From Phoronis australis (lineage: Eukaryota > Animalia > Phoronida): 64,000 bases of DNA. Below, piece by piece: positions 42,501-55,800 of the stretch. The translations under genes were made by a program, and so were the position numbers. Under the pieces are notes generated by a model, which was not told the DNA's origin, searched no databases, and was given only the letters and a program-made list of their open reading frames with translations. The stretch lies in contig NMRA01000002.1 of the NCBI GenBank assembly GCA_002633005.1, positions 2,386,505 through 2,450,504 on the forward strand. The letters run 5' to 3'. Position 1 is the stretch's first letter; each line of letters begins with the position of its first letter.

Positions 42501-45500
42501 TGACTGATCAATATTAATTGGCTTTAAATGTAATTTAGAAATTAAAAGTTCTTGACCATTAGCTCGTATTTGTACTTCACCTTGAAAATAGACGGATCGA
42601 CACTCGGAAGCTTCAGAAATGCAGAAAGAGCAATCATTTAGCTTGCCATCCATTAAACGTAGTTAGCACAAAACGAAAGTAACTAAACAATCCGGCCGCA
42701 AGTAAATTAATTGACATTTCACGATAGCTTTTCAACACGAACCCAACTTCTTTGTCTTACCCATTACCAAGAATAATTGGCAAATTTGTTGCTTTGTGCC
42801 ATGCATATTCATAAAAGTAATTAATCAGGGCAGCAACTGCATAATTTGTTGTGTTGCTCAGATTGTAATTAGCATGAACGCAGAGATTGCGTATTGTTTT
42901 CCTCACTGTTTCGTTTAATATTCTAGTTTTGCATTGCGGTATAAGAACAATAAACATTCCTGGGGCAGAGGAACAATTCATAAGTCCCGAGCTTCAAACG
43001 CTGCCTCTTTGCCCTTAGATATTTAAAACACTAAGCGAGTTTATCAATCTAAATGATACAAAATATTCAAAGCAGTTCGTGAAATTTCAACGGTTCGTAA
43101 CTGATGTACTGTTGAAGAGCATAATTCTAGGCCTAAATTGGTGTGTGTTAGGTGTTATGTTTTGATTTGGATGGAGCGAAATCAATGATCTAGGCCAGTA
43201 TAAACTAAAGAGACGTCATAAACTGCAAAAACATAATGCCTTCAACGGAATGCAGACGTACCCATAACCTTCGCAGACTACAAACGAAGTTGGTTTTAGG
43301 AGTCGTACACGTCAGGTAGTTAACAAAAGCACTCGATTGCTGTGACCATAATTTATTGCCTCTGTGTAAGGTAGAATTATCTATTTACAACACTAGTGAC
43401 TAAGGTTAAATAAGTGTTTTCGTCAACCATTTATACAAACAAATTGAGTTAGATAACTCCCCAGTTATTTCGGGTAAAAATTAATAAGATTCTGTTTTTT
43501 TTTTCGAACATTCACACTACATGTACATGCACCTTGAGATAATCAGATTCTACCAACTGTTGAATGGTACCGCAGCATTACCATGGAAACCATGTTAAAA
43601 ATACAATGATTCATCTTTATTTCTGTCAAGAACTTTGACAGTATTCTACTTGTGCACGATAAAACTGAAATGAGTAATTTAAATTACTATAACTGATATA
43701 AGTTTACGTGCATGGCAGGATCATACCCAAGCTTGGACGATATTTTCAGTCTGGCGGAGCAGCTTTTCTTGCCGAGCTGAACACACTTATTTGTTAATGA
43801 CAAACTGAATTTAGACGAATTGTAAAATCAAATTTGTGACAAAACGATATCTATATTTTGCAACGTTTTCGGGTTGGTAAATAGGCAATTATTCAAACGT
43901 TGTCGAGCCTGCCAAAATTCAAATACCACACTGCATTTCGTCCTATTTAGGTGACTAAAAATCGAAAATCGAATTAGGACTCATAAATGTTTCTTACCCA
44001 GGATTCTATTTCCTTTGCCGTACATGCGCGTTTTTTGGATTTTCAATTTTAGGGTTAGCCATCCCGGCCAATAAACTCTAAAAACATTTTCTTGAGTCGC
44101 TGATGGTTTCGATGTTATTAATGGTTACCGTGAAACGGAATCCTACCACGATTAAAAGTAGATGTATTACAAGACCGATTTCATGAGAATACAAGGTATA
44201 ATTCGATTTCCCTTTTTAACCACATAAACAGGGGGAAATGGAGCTGTGATTATCCCAGCTTACTAAAAAGACTATCAAAGTATTTTAAGCACAGCTGGGC
44301 GCACACAAATCTCCCAAATAAATAATAGTAAGGTTAAAATTATGTTCTTACTTCAAAACGTCTATAAACTCTTTGAAGAAATTGATTTTTTTTCATTAAC
44401 AATTCGCATATTTGAGCCTGTTAGTGGCTCCTTAGCCTCTCGGTCTTAGGTCACTGATATACTGTACTACTGGCGGATCTAGGATGTCGCGAGAGCGACT
44501 GCGGCTGTTTTCGAAGGAAAAATTTCCTAGAAACGGCATGCGAAAGGTGTTTTCATTTTTCCAAGCTCGTGTCCGTGGGCGGCATGCCCTCCGAAATCTC
44601 AAATAGTTGTTTAATCTATTTGGCTGGTCAGTCCTCGGGAAAAATAAGTCGTTATGTTAGGTTCATTGAGGTTGCAGGGTTTTTTTGCCAGCTTCGTTCT
44701 TCGGAAAGACGCCGAACATGACGGCATACAGCTGTGCGATGTTACTAACGAAGATATTGTGTTCATTTAGTGTATTTTTATAAGACTTGGTGCGTGTCTC
44801 TATAAGGATGTTTTACAATTATTACCTGCACACGAGACTCGACGAGGTCAAGCCTAAGGGCAAGTGCTTCTCTCATGAATACATCAGGGTAGTGACTGTC
44901 TTGAAAGGCTCGCTCCAGCTCCTCCAACTGCCAGCCGGTAAAGTTAGTGCGCGTGCGCCGGCGTTTGCCAGTCTGACCGTCTTTGGCGTCGTCAGAATCT
45001 ATGTGAAAACACAAAAAGATCATGATTGTACTTTAGATATCCGGAAATACGCTTTGCAAAACTTCGGAAAATACTCATCGCGGAATAGAACCCAGTTACT
45101 TCAAAGCCAGAGCAGTTAAAATGTCGTTCTCAATGAGAGTCACAGGTCCATCAAGGTCGTGCACTTTGGCATTGACTATAAACAGCCCAATTTGGAAATT
45201 TAAAAACTAAGAGGCAACAATTACTCAAAGTTGACAACTTACAAGTAATTAGAAAAGAAAATGATCGTATTGCGCCATTTTCAAGAAACCGATCAATCTA
45301 AAAATAAGTAAATAAATCACAACATGCAAGTACATAAGTAACGGTGTACGATAACCGATTTGTTCGTGACTGACATACAGACCTGAGTCATGGTCCGACT
45401 GACCATCTGGAGTGTTACACTGAACGGGATGATGTCGAGATAAGTGCCCAAAATGTTGCCCAACACCGTTCTCGTGACCAAATCGCAAGTCCCCGGCGGT

Positions 45501-45665
45501 AAGAAATCCACGTGCAATGTCCAAATTTCCAAAACTTCGCACTGGCAAACTCAGAGGAGCAAATCCCGTGGGATATGGCAATCGAAGCGACGCGAACTGT
45601 CTCGCTGCGGCAAACAATTGTTCCTCAAAGCCGACTGACTGTAAACCACGATTATAGGATAACAT
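39585..45665 (-). CDS. Uncx: UNC-4/Uncx paired-like (Q50) homeobox transcription factor
   Basis: Exons 45665-45383, 44998-44826, 40280-39585 (383 aa). Homeodomain [47 protein letters not shown]|[14 protein letters not shown] with the typical PRD-class intron. UNC-4-specific tail [23 protein letters not shown] and eh1 motif FSIDSLL. Confidence 0.95.
41674..41875 (-). mobile_element. MITE family B copy (inverted, Uncx intron 2)
   Basis: Termini CATGCGGGCATCCAG / CTGGGTGTAAGCAAG; internal sequence is the reverse complement of the other copies; flanks CTAGA/TTAGA match 4 of 5. Confidence 0.75.
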
Positions 45666-45699
45666 TTTGCCGAATACTCTTTTTTCCAAGGATAATGGT

Positions 45700-45800
45700 T
45701 AATTTATACATTTCAGAAGTTATTCATTACTTTATATCCATCAGTCAATATATTCAACCAATGACAAGAAGACTTTGTATCTCTTTCAGCCAATCAGAAG
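45700..45800 (-). promoter_or_regulatory. Candidate Uncx core promoter
   Basis: TATAAA on - at ~45703-45708, with two CCAAT boxes (~45759, ~45790) just upstream of it. This would imply a very short 5'UTR. Confidence 0.35.
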
Positions 45801-48250
45801 CACCGGACGAATGAATCCTGTTCGACGTGGTGTGAATTGCAGAGACTTGTTATAAGAACGCGTGCGAGAGTGTTTATTCCAATAATACTCAAATTACAAA
45901 GAATATATTATAGATATCACGTGTTCAAGGGATATATCTACAATTGTCACGTCTATTGGACGCATACTCAAAGAAACAGCTTAATTAGTAAACGACCGTA
46001 AAAAGAAAAGGCGGAAATTTGCATTTAGTTAGTATTGTGAGCGTTGAATGCAGACTAAATAGCAACGGTGAAAGGAAATTTAAAATGTAGTTACATTTGC
46101 ACATTATTCCTAGAACACACATGAATAGCAGGCTACCATTCAGTGAAAACAATTCGATAGTCTTAATTCTATAAAGAAATGAAGTAACAATTACTTTTTG
46201 TATTTCGGAAAAAGTTAAAGGGATAATAAACCCGTGCCTTTTGTTAAAACCAAATCAAACCACTTTGTAAAGAAGTTCTGATCTTTTTCCTTACTCAAAC
46301 CTTGAGAAGAAATGACACGGGTCTCCTTTGCTTCAATCAGACCAAGTCTGTTTTCTCATGCTCGTCACGGCGGTTTAGTTTCCGTGGTTATTAGGCAATA
46401 TGGCCGCCAGGCGGAATTCCAGGCGATCGGTGAAAATTTACGCTCGCACGTGAAGAAAATTCAACTTGATGTTATTAAAAACAACAGGACACAATTTACA
46501 GCAGTTCATTATTCAGGGTAGCAATCTTCGCGTAAGTCGAATTTATTTGTATAGGTTGTGCATGATCCACTTATTGTAAATGTAGGTACCAAAGCGGTCC
46601 ATACAGTAAGCCGTGCAGTGTAGACCATAATTGAAATCACGAGTCTCCAAAGAAAATAAGATGATGCTACACTGTATAATGACGTGGCCGGACCGGTTCG
46701 TACCGTGAGCGAGAAAAGTGAAATATTATAATTTTTACTTGTGTTGTGAAATAAGACAACTTGTATTAGAAACTCCATCCACGTCTTAGCACGAAACAAG
46801 AGATGACTTAGCAATAGAATGACCATTGCTAAAGTGATAACATTTAGTCGCTATACTGGGAATTTATGATAGTACGCCCCGACGCGTAAACAAGGGAAAT
46901 GACGTATGTTCAGATGTCTAATACCCTAAAGGCCCGGGCGCAGTATAAACGTAAAATGTGCCAGCGTCGACAGAATGAGAAACTTTGTGTCAACTAATGG
47001 TACTGGCGTTGTTAAAGGGTAGGCTTAATGTTATACCACAATGCATGGAACTGGAAACATAAGTTAATTGTATGACACTGAAAAAGTCGACCAATGCCAA
47101 TTAACAATTAACACTGAAAGTCAGATCCGCTGAATAGCAGCCTACTTGTGTGCCATAGCCAGGTAATGTACACTGTACATACAGAGTATTCGTTTTACCG
47201 TCAATTTTCTAATCACTCAACTGTGGTGGCTGTTTTGTTGATGCACCAACAGAAACTAAAAAATAAATTACGTTTTGGAAACATTTGATATAGCACAGCA
47301 AGAACATGACAGGATTCAGTCTTGGTTGACAAAAATGGGTTGCCTTACTGAGACGCATTAGACCCATGCTTTCTGAAAAAACAAGGTTTAAATCAAGGTT
47401 TGGTCAACATAAGTCTGATTTATGGGCTTCAGTAAAATAACGGAAAAATCCTCGATTCTAAACTGAGTATAGAATGCGGCAAGAAATGTTTCGTAATGAT
47501 AAATGTTTTTTTTTTCTCAGAAAGAATGTGTTTTAAGTCCCTTGAAATTTTATTTTAGCAAGTTTTTAACTGAAGAAAAGATGTCTGAAAATTTCAACCA
47601 ATAATTAGCCGACACGATTTCTAAATTACATGTTTGTTAATCTCATTAAAATTAATTAATTAATTAAAAACGTGGGAGTACTCGACGCAGATTGCAACTA
47701 TGAAGTGCTCCCGAAGATCCACATGATTTTCCAACTTGCGCCTGGTCATCACAAAATTACCGCCGATTAAAAATGAACGAATCCTGCCAGTCAACGCTGG
47801 TTGAACGGAGAAGAGTAACACGGGATTGCAAGATGACCAAATGAAAGTTATTTAGACGTATGCGGTAACACATTTCAGCTTTAATTTTTAAAGACGCATG
47901 AAAAAGAATGCACACTAGTATCTAGACATCTTTGAATGTTCTAACGCTTACAAAGACTCCCAAATGTTTAGGCATACGCCCTGATCAGAAATTCAATCGA
48001 AAAATGCCCAGGGGGGTGGTGTACGTAAAAGATTTACATGTACCTAAAATACATCCAGCACACGAAATGTTCATTGCTGAATTTTCCAGTTCCACAAGAA
48101 ATGAGCAGCAAACAGTTCTAAATTGTCAACCAAAAGCTCGTTACGCATAGGATATTGTTATGCATATACGTGAGCAATGCAAATCCATAGTTCTTAGGAT
48201 CACCGACTAATTGCAGCCTAATGTGGTATCAACAAACCCCAACTGCCGAA

Positions 48251-48497
48251 CATGCGCGCACCCAGTGGGGGGGGCTCGAACGAGCCCCCCATTTGGCGGA
48301 ATAGACAAAAAGGTCCGCCTCAGAGAAACAAAAAGTCAGAGAAAATGAGACATAAAGTCCACTAAAAAGGCGCAAACGCACAATTCACAGCTTTGGACAC
48401 GATACCCTGTTTTTTTTAGTCCTTCGGTTTTTTGTGGGTAAAGGTCCACATCGTCGGAAATTCAAGCCCCCCATATTAAAGGCTGGGTGCGCGCATG
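48251..48497 (+). mobile_element. MITE family B, best-preserved copy
   Basis: Perfect 15-bp TIR CATGCGCGCACCCAG / CTGGGTGCGCGCATG with a perfect 5-bp TSD CCGAA (48246-48250, 48498-48502). Confidence 0.9.
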
Positions 48498-49827
48498 CCG
48501 AATACACACAAAGTGCCACAAGACCAAACAACCACAGTTGGTTCTGGCCAGCACACCGATTCATTTCGAGTCTGCCGCACCAATTTCAACCAAGGTCTTT
48601 AAGTTTTGAAAAGCTGCACAAAGCCAAGTAAGCAACGTTTGAAACACCAAGGTTTGGCAAGCCATGAGTAAACAAAATAAATCCAGCATCCGTCATTTTT
48701 GGAAGTCTCAGGAGCGCATTTTCGTATTGAAAACACCAGGGCTTGGAATCACCAAGGATAAAATGAGGAAAATTTTCCAGGCGATGTATCTTTCCACAAA
48801 TAGGTTTGTGTGATAGAAATATTTTTGTAAACTCGTAAAATTTAAGTAAAATAAATGTTTTTGAAGGAATGAAGTCAAAACAATGGTAAAAAAGACAAAA
48901 AAGCACAAAATGGAAAACAAATAAGAGCAAATAAAAATGTCATGCCACCGATTATATTTTCAAAACAAATACCACCAGAACAAACTATGGCTTTTTACTC
49001 AAGAGCCCAAAAATAAAAACATTTCCTCTTGGTGTGTTCAAAAACTACCTGGGAAACATGACTGCAGACTTTAAACAGAACGCACAGCCACAGGAACTGG
49101 ACAAGAGATGAAGGCAAATATAACAACAGATACACACATTTGTAAGGGCAAAGCAAATACGAGGACCTGGACCTAAAAATAACCAGTGGCAAAGGCAGTC
49201 AATTCCACACTTCCAAATCAACTAACTCCCATTTTAAATAAAACCATAAAGACCACAAACTTGGTAGAGGGGATAAATTTAGGAATTTGCAAGAAACGTA
49301 ATAGCAGAAAATTAAAATTGCAAAAATCAAAAGCAATGCGAAAACAGAATGTATATCCTTGTTTGTGCTTAGCTAAACAAAAACGCAGGTGAGAGTCAAT
49401 GAAAATCCTTCATTTTTGAGAACAAATTAAAAACAACCTACAAGTACATTCTCAGTGCATAAAGTGTAATGCACCACTATATTCCCAACGTTTGCTACAA
49501 CAAAAGAAAACAAAAGAAAAGACCCGAAGCTACTCAGAAGTAAAATACCAACTTTGTGCAATGTTTGCACTAGACTGCTGACATCAGGTCACTTGCCTTG
49601 TTTACTCACATGTTCACAAAGTCAACAAAACAAACTAAAACATGAAAAAATAAAACTTACAAAAGAATTAAGAGACTGCTATCACCTAGAGCCCCTTCTT
49701 GGTAGCCCCTTACCGCCATCTATTGTCAAGATTTGTGAGCAATATCTTCTGATTCCATAATGGACACAAAAACAGTCAAACACTGATAGACTTTTTCGAG
49801 TTTCAAATGTTGAGATGTTGCAAAGCA

Positions 49828-52800
49828 TTAGGTGACCATTTCTTTAGGAGGAGGCCTGATAGGAACTTTTCCGAGAGAAAATGTAGGTGCAGAGAACTGT
49901 TCTTTTTCTTCCTTAGAAAGTTGATCCATTGGAGTAAACAGTCCCTCCGTACGATCTTGTGCGTTAACTGGCTGAGACACACCTCCCGATGATGCTTCAC
50001 CAACAGCTGGTGCCTTTCCAAACAGGCCTCCACCTGGTGGAATGGGACATGCAAATAGACTATTTTGTGCCGCATCCCGAGTAGGTCCAGTTCCAAAGAG
50101 GCCAGGATTTGACGAACTTGAAGACCCCATTCCGAACAAAGGTCCTTGGGGTGAATTAGGCATTCCAAAAAGCCTTGAGCCCGATTCAGCTGGCTTTCCA
50201 AATAGCCCCTGCGTGGTCCCTCCAGACATGGTGCTGGCGCCAGTGTCACATTGTCCAAACAAACTGGAAGAGGGAGCCGGGTTCTTCCCAAAAAGTCCTG
50301 TACCTAGAGTTTGACTGTTAGTGAATACGGAAGTTCCCCCACTGGCACCATTACCAAACACAGAACTACTGGAACAAATGCTCTTTCCAAACAGTGCAGC
50401 AGGCTGAGATTTGCCAAACAGGTTGCCGTTGTCACCGCCAAAAGCTTCACTTTGTGGTGGGCCTCCAAAAGGATTGCTGGCAGGTGGTGGTCTTTCTGCT
50501 GCTGGCCCAAACCCGTTGGGATGTGGACCGCCACAAAAAGCATTCTGTATTGGATACTTCGAATCACCCGCTGAAAACAACACAAACCATTTAAAGTGCA
50601 CATGGCTACAGCACTATTTTTTATGGTACCAGAAGAAACAAGACTGTTTAAGGTTATGGAGAATTCTAGGAAGAATTCAGAATCATAAATATTTCCCATA
50701 AATAGCTTGTTGGATTCACATGACATTTTCAGATACTGTGATTTACGAACTGTTCTCCAAAAGATGTCAGGAATTGTCTTCAATATATTCCTGTTTTTCA
50801 TGGGGGTCTATGAAGAAACTCAAAAAAGTTGGACCAATCAAAAACGAATAATCTAAGAAAAATGTACCAGAATTTGTGAGACTTGATTATAAAGAACAAA
50901 GAATAGGAATTTGGTAGTATTATTGGTACCGTTGTTTTAGTATGATTCAGTGTACCTGGTTTCTTTTTGGCTAAATTTTACACGAAAGACATGGTCATGT
51001 GACCTAATTAACCCACTCAAAAATCAAAGTTTACAGGCTTTCTACTTTAACATAGTTACAGAACTTTCTTTTCCTTTGATGAAATTAGACACAATGCTCA
51101 AACTCGTGGACAAGGTATATAACTTTAATGATATTATTCACATTTCACCATCTACGCCACGATTGGATCAAGAATTAAGACAAAATTACCAAAATACCAC
51201 CGTAAAGTCGACCACCATCAACACCTGTCGACATTTTGTAGAGATCTAGCCAGAAAAGTATGACTTACTTAAGAGGTTCTGCATGATGTTCCTGAAAGAA
51301 TATTTAACAAAACTTGTTACTCCAATCTGTACTTCATTCATCCAAAAAGTATTGCTTACTTGTTGGCGGAACAGAGAATCTCAAGCTGCTGATATTATGC
51401 AACTTCAACAGACCTCTGTCAGATTCTGTCAAACTGTTTGTCAGAATTATTTGTTAGAGTAGGCGAACTTTTGTTCCACTAAGTAACATGACTTTTTGTC
51501 TAACTTGAGTCAAAGTCTAACTATTCATTGCCTTGCAAGCTAAGCTGTCGTGATTTTGACAAAGTGTGTGAAGCAATCACTGTTGAAGATTTGTTGAAAA
51601 TTAGCTGAAATTAAAATGTTAAAGGAAATGGATATTCAATCAAAACTTCATCAAATTTGCACATCAACCAGTTTATTTTAGAACTACTATAGATACAACA
51701 GACAGTGAAATGATGGTGGTACCTACCCAGTGCTTCCTGAGGTTCCATCGTACTTCTTCGTTACTTCGGCATACTAAAAACAAAACAAAAAACTTTCAGA
51801 AGAGGTGCAACGCCTGAGTAAAGAAACGGACACAAAATAGACAGGAATCGGGGAGCAGTCCTCACTTCTACCTAATAGGCAAACTCAGGTAATCAAGGAG
51901 CACAGTCTTTGGTTCTACCTAATAAATTCGAGGTAAAATTGGATTTTTTGAAAATTAAAAAATACGATATTTAAAAAACGAAGTACAATAAAAACTTTTT
52001 CTTCGATTTTGTCACTTTCAGAGTCATGTCTAACTAGTTAAAACCCCCTTAGAAACCTGGAGATTTGACCAGTGTATACACCCCCCTTAAAATGATCTGT
52101 TTTCTCCTTTATAATAAAATTTGAAGCTGAGTCACATGAAGTTTCTTATACTACTGTTACTATTAATAAAATATGATTGGAGAGATGTTTGTGTTTATAC
52201 ATGCAAGTAAACCAGTTAAAATTACAGGCCGTTGAATCTTGAAGCATTTTTTAATTAGTACACTACAAGTCAGTTTCGTGAAAGTGACTTAAGGCTTGGG
52301 ATAGAATTGGTCTTACGCTTTCACTTCGCAATTGCCAAATAAAGGTTTAGCCATGTAATTATTTAGCAAATCACTGGCTGGAACTTATTTGTATACATTC
52401 CCTCAGTTGCCCTCATTTGCATATCCTCAGCTATTCTGTTCTTTTGCTAAAAGGAGTTTTAATTATTTTTCATAATATGTATTAAGTCAAGTCATTTTCA
52501 CGAACCTGACCCCGAAATACTGACACGATAAAACGTTGAATATTTTCTTCAAGCACTTCAGTCACATGGCAGTTTGAAATGAATTGAGTACCGATAGTCT
52601 AAGTAATTATTTTTAATCTATTGGTTTAGATTTCACACCTTAACAAATTAAATGGATGTAAAGCCTGCAATCATCTCCAACGTAAAATCAAGTGAACATT
52701 GAGCCACTTTGTATTTGTGATTTTTTAAACCATCAGGTATACTCCCTTTTTCATTTCCGCTAATTTCACATGTATTACGAGACAATGCTCACAATGGCTG

Positions 52801-55800
52801 CTCTTGAACTGACGTCAGGGCTCTTCAGTTTTTGTTTCTGGTCGCCGTACAGTCTAATTGTTTCTGAGATCTTTCTCGTCTGCAAGTAAAATAGGGACAG
52901 GCTCACAACTGTTACTGTTGTCACAGCTATTGTTGGCAAACTATCTGCTCAATGTTCAAAACATTGTTCCTTTTTCAAAACCATCCCTATCCCATAAACC
53001 ATGCACCTGGGTTGGGTTATGCAGAGGTATTAGCAGCCTAAAACAAAGCCTGAAATGTGTTTCATAAACCCAATGCATTAGCCATGCACCTGTAGCAAGC
53101 AACCTGTAGTAGAAGCATTATGAATTCTATCCCTTAATTCGTTAACTCTACCATAATGTAACACTTCAACCTCACCGACCAATCACCTCACAAACTGCCT
53201 TGTTGCTAGGTTAGGCTAATAATGTCTCAAGCAAAGTACAAAATATTTGCTGTCCCTGCATAGTTTTGTGTGATCTTGCCTTTCTCACAAGAAATATGGT
53301 CTAAGGAATGCTGCCCCGATAGGATAACAGCAGTGGAAAATAAGATACAATGTAACAAAACATGGCTTGGTTAATTCCAAAAGAAGATGGATTGTGCTTA
53401 ATCCCGGCAAAACAATGTCACTTTTCTATAGCACTTTGCTTACGATATTTGACTCAAGAAGTCATGTTGTCTACACACTCTGGTTAGACATTATGACGGT
53501 CACCTGAGAAATCATATACAACACATCAAACTGTGCAGACAAGGCTTGTATATATAACCACAGGTGTACCACAAGACTATTCACAGCATACTGCAGACAA
53601 GGGAGTACTGACCTTTGTATTTACTCTACAATCAATCTTTTTGAATATTTGCAAAAACAATTCTTAACAGCATTTTGGGAAAACAGTAACAAAGGAGCTG
53701 CCAATTGAAACATTTTGCCTTGAACCTCATTTTTACCATCAGTGTACATGAGATTTACTCACTAATTCCCTAGCATCGCCATTGAATCTTCTCAAATTAC
53801 GATACTCCCATTCCAGCTCCTCTGGTGAGGCATCCTCGAAACCTGAATGAAACAAATTCACATCATAATTATAACGTCAGGTTGCTGGACCCGAGCTTGC
53901 CGAATAGAATGGTTAAATTTCAAATTAAACCCAAGTTTTGGTATGTGAGACATCGAATGGAAAGAACCCAAATTTTGGTCTGGGTAAACAAAAATACTCA
54001 GAAGTTACGGATTCTTGCAGTCTGCAGCAATAACCACGGGAAATTTTCAGTGTCCCCAAAAAAGCCTTGGTTGTGAGACCGCCTACTTTTGTCAGAGTTG
54101 TTTTTGTTGATTAAAATAGACAAGATTGTTGAAAATATCCAAAATAATGAGGAAACTCATAAAATCTGGTCTAATTTCATCTCCAAACAAATGCAAACCA
54201 AAAGTGGTACAACAAAGGATTTGGCAACTTAAACAACATTTTCGCCTCACAGGAAAATTACATGTATCTACCAAATAATTGTCTTGTTTCAAATCGGTTT
54301 CATCAGTTTGTATCCATTACAAGTGTCACTGTCTGTTAATAGTTGATTGTCGTCATTGTCACCATCACCATCACCACCATCATAACCACTTTACCTTGGA
54401 CACAGTGACCAGAGTCCTTCATTCCGTAACAAGACAGAGGCCACATCCCAGAATGGATCCATTCATTCATATCTTGGGCGACCGTTGACAATCTGGAAAG
54501 GAAATGTGATGAAATGAAATGATCATGTCATGGTTAATGTTTCAAGACATAAATAGGGCACCGGCTATTTGCATTTCTTCAGTGTCCCAAAAGTGAAAAA
54601 ATCAATTAAGCCACATCAGCTCTAACAAATTCCATAGCACAACAGGACATTTCCATTACCCAAAAGAACACTTAAACAATTAGTGACTCAAGAAAACTTT
54701 TCAAACTATAAAGTTAATTGAGATGGACAACCCTGAAATTTTGAATTCGAAAACAACACATCTATGCATTACCTGTTGAGTTGCCGTCTCATTCGGTAGC
54801 AAATTAAGATCTGATGGACAAGCGTGGTACTGTTTCAAAGCTCCAAAGTGCCCCAAAGTTTGGTTATTGTAGCTATACAGCAGTGAAATGACCCTTTAAC
54901 CCTTATCCTGCGCTAGGCGAGGTCAGCCGACAAGCCAATTATCCTACTAAAATGCATCGGGTGTACTCAATCGCCTATAATAAGCTACGGCTAGACTCCG
55001 CAAGGAGGGTGTACTCACCCCAGGACACTGGTGTTTTTCATTCAGAAATTGTGAAAGCCCCGTATGCTGCTTATATATGTGAGCATGCACATTCCACAGT
55101 CCATAGTTTCCTGTACATTTTTCTGATTTACAACATATGGCTGTGGTGAGTTGTTGCCGAGATATTTGAAAGTTTACGCAAGTTTTATCTTGGCTGGTGC
55201 CAAACGTGGTAAGATGACTGTTGACCAGTTTCTTGAGGAAGTGTTCATCGACTCAGATAGTGAAAACAAGCTGGAATTGGCACTCAAAGTGACGGTGACA
55301 GTGACTGGGAAGCTAATACAACAGTCACAAGTAATGCAGATTCTATCGATTCGGATCTCAGTGCAATTTTGGAGGAGTTACCGGTCCCTGAAGCTGAACT
55401 TGGACGGGCCTACGACGATGCTTGGCTCACGCCCTTCGCGCATGATGGAACTCATTCAGAACTAGATATTTTTGTGACTTTTTCACAGAATAGCTTTGTG
55501 TCCCCACCCGTGTTTCAAGTTTTTGCATATCAAGGTGAACTTCAAAACAAACTTTAGCAAGCGACTGCACCACTATGTTTTATACTGTACATTCTTGTTT
55601 GTAGATGTGATGTTACAAACAATAAATCTGCTTTGTTAAACATGCAAATCCCATGAATTCCCTTTTAAAAATGCTTATTACGGTTTTTGAGTGTCAGCTA
55701 TAATGTTGTAATGTGCGAAAACAGATAAAAACAAAGGGTGTCCAGTTTGAAAGTTAATAGAATTATTCACAGCAAGACGATGGTAAAGATATGTATATGG

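Noticed and set aside
49803-50801. Several alternative-frame and antisense ORFs over the NUP42 last exon
   Set aside because: By-products of Gly/Pro/Ser-rich FG-repeat codon usage.
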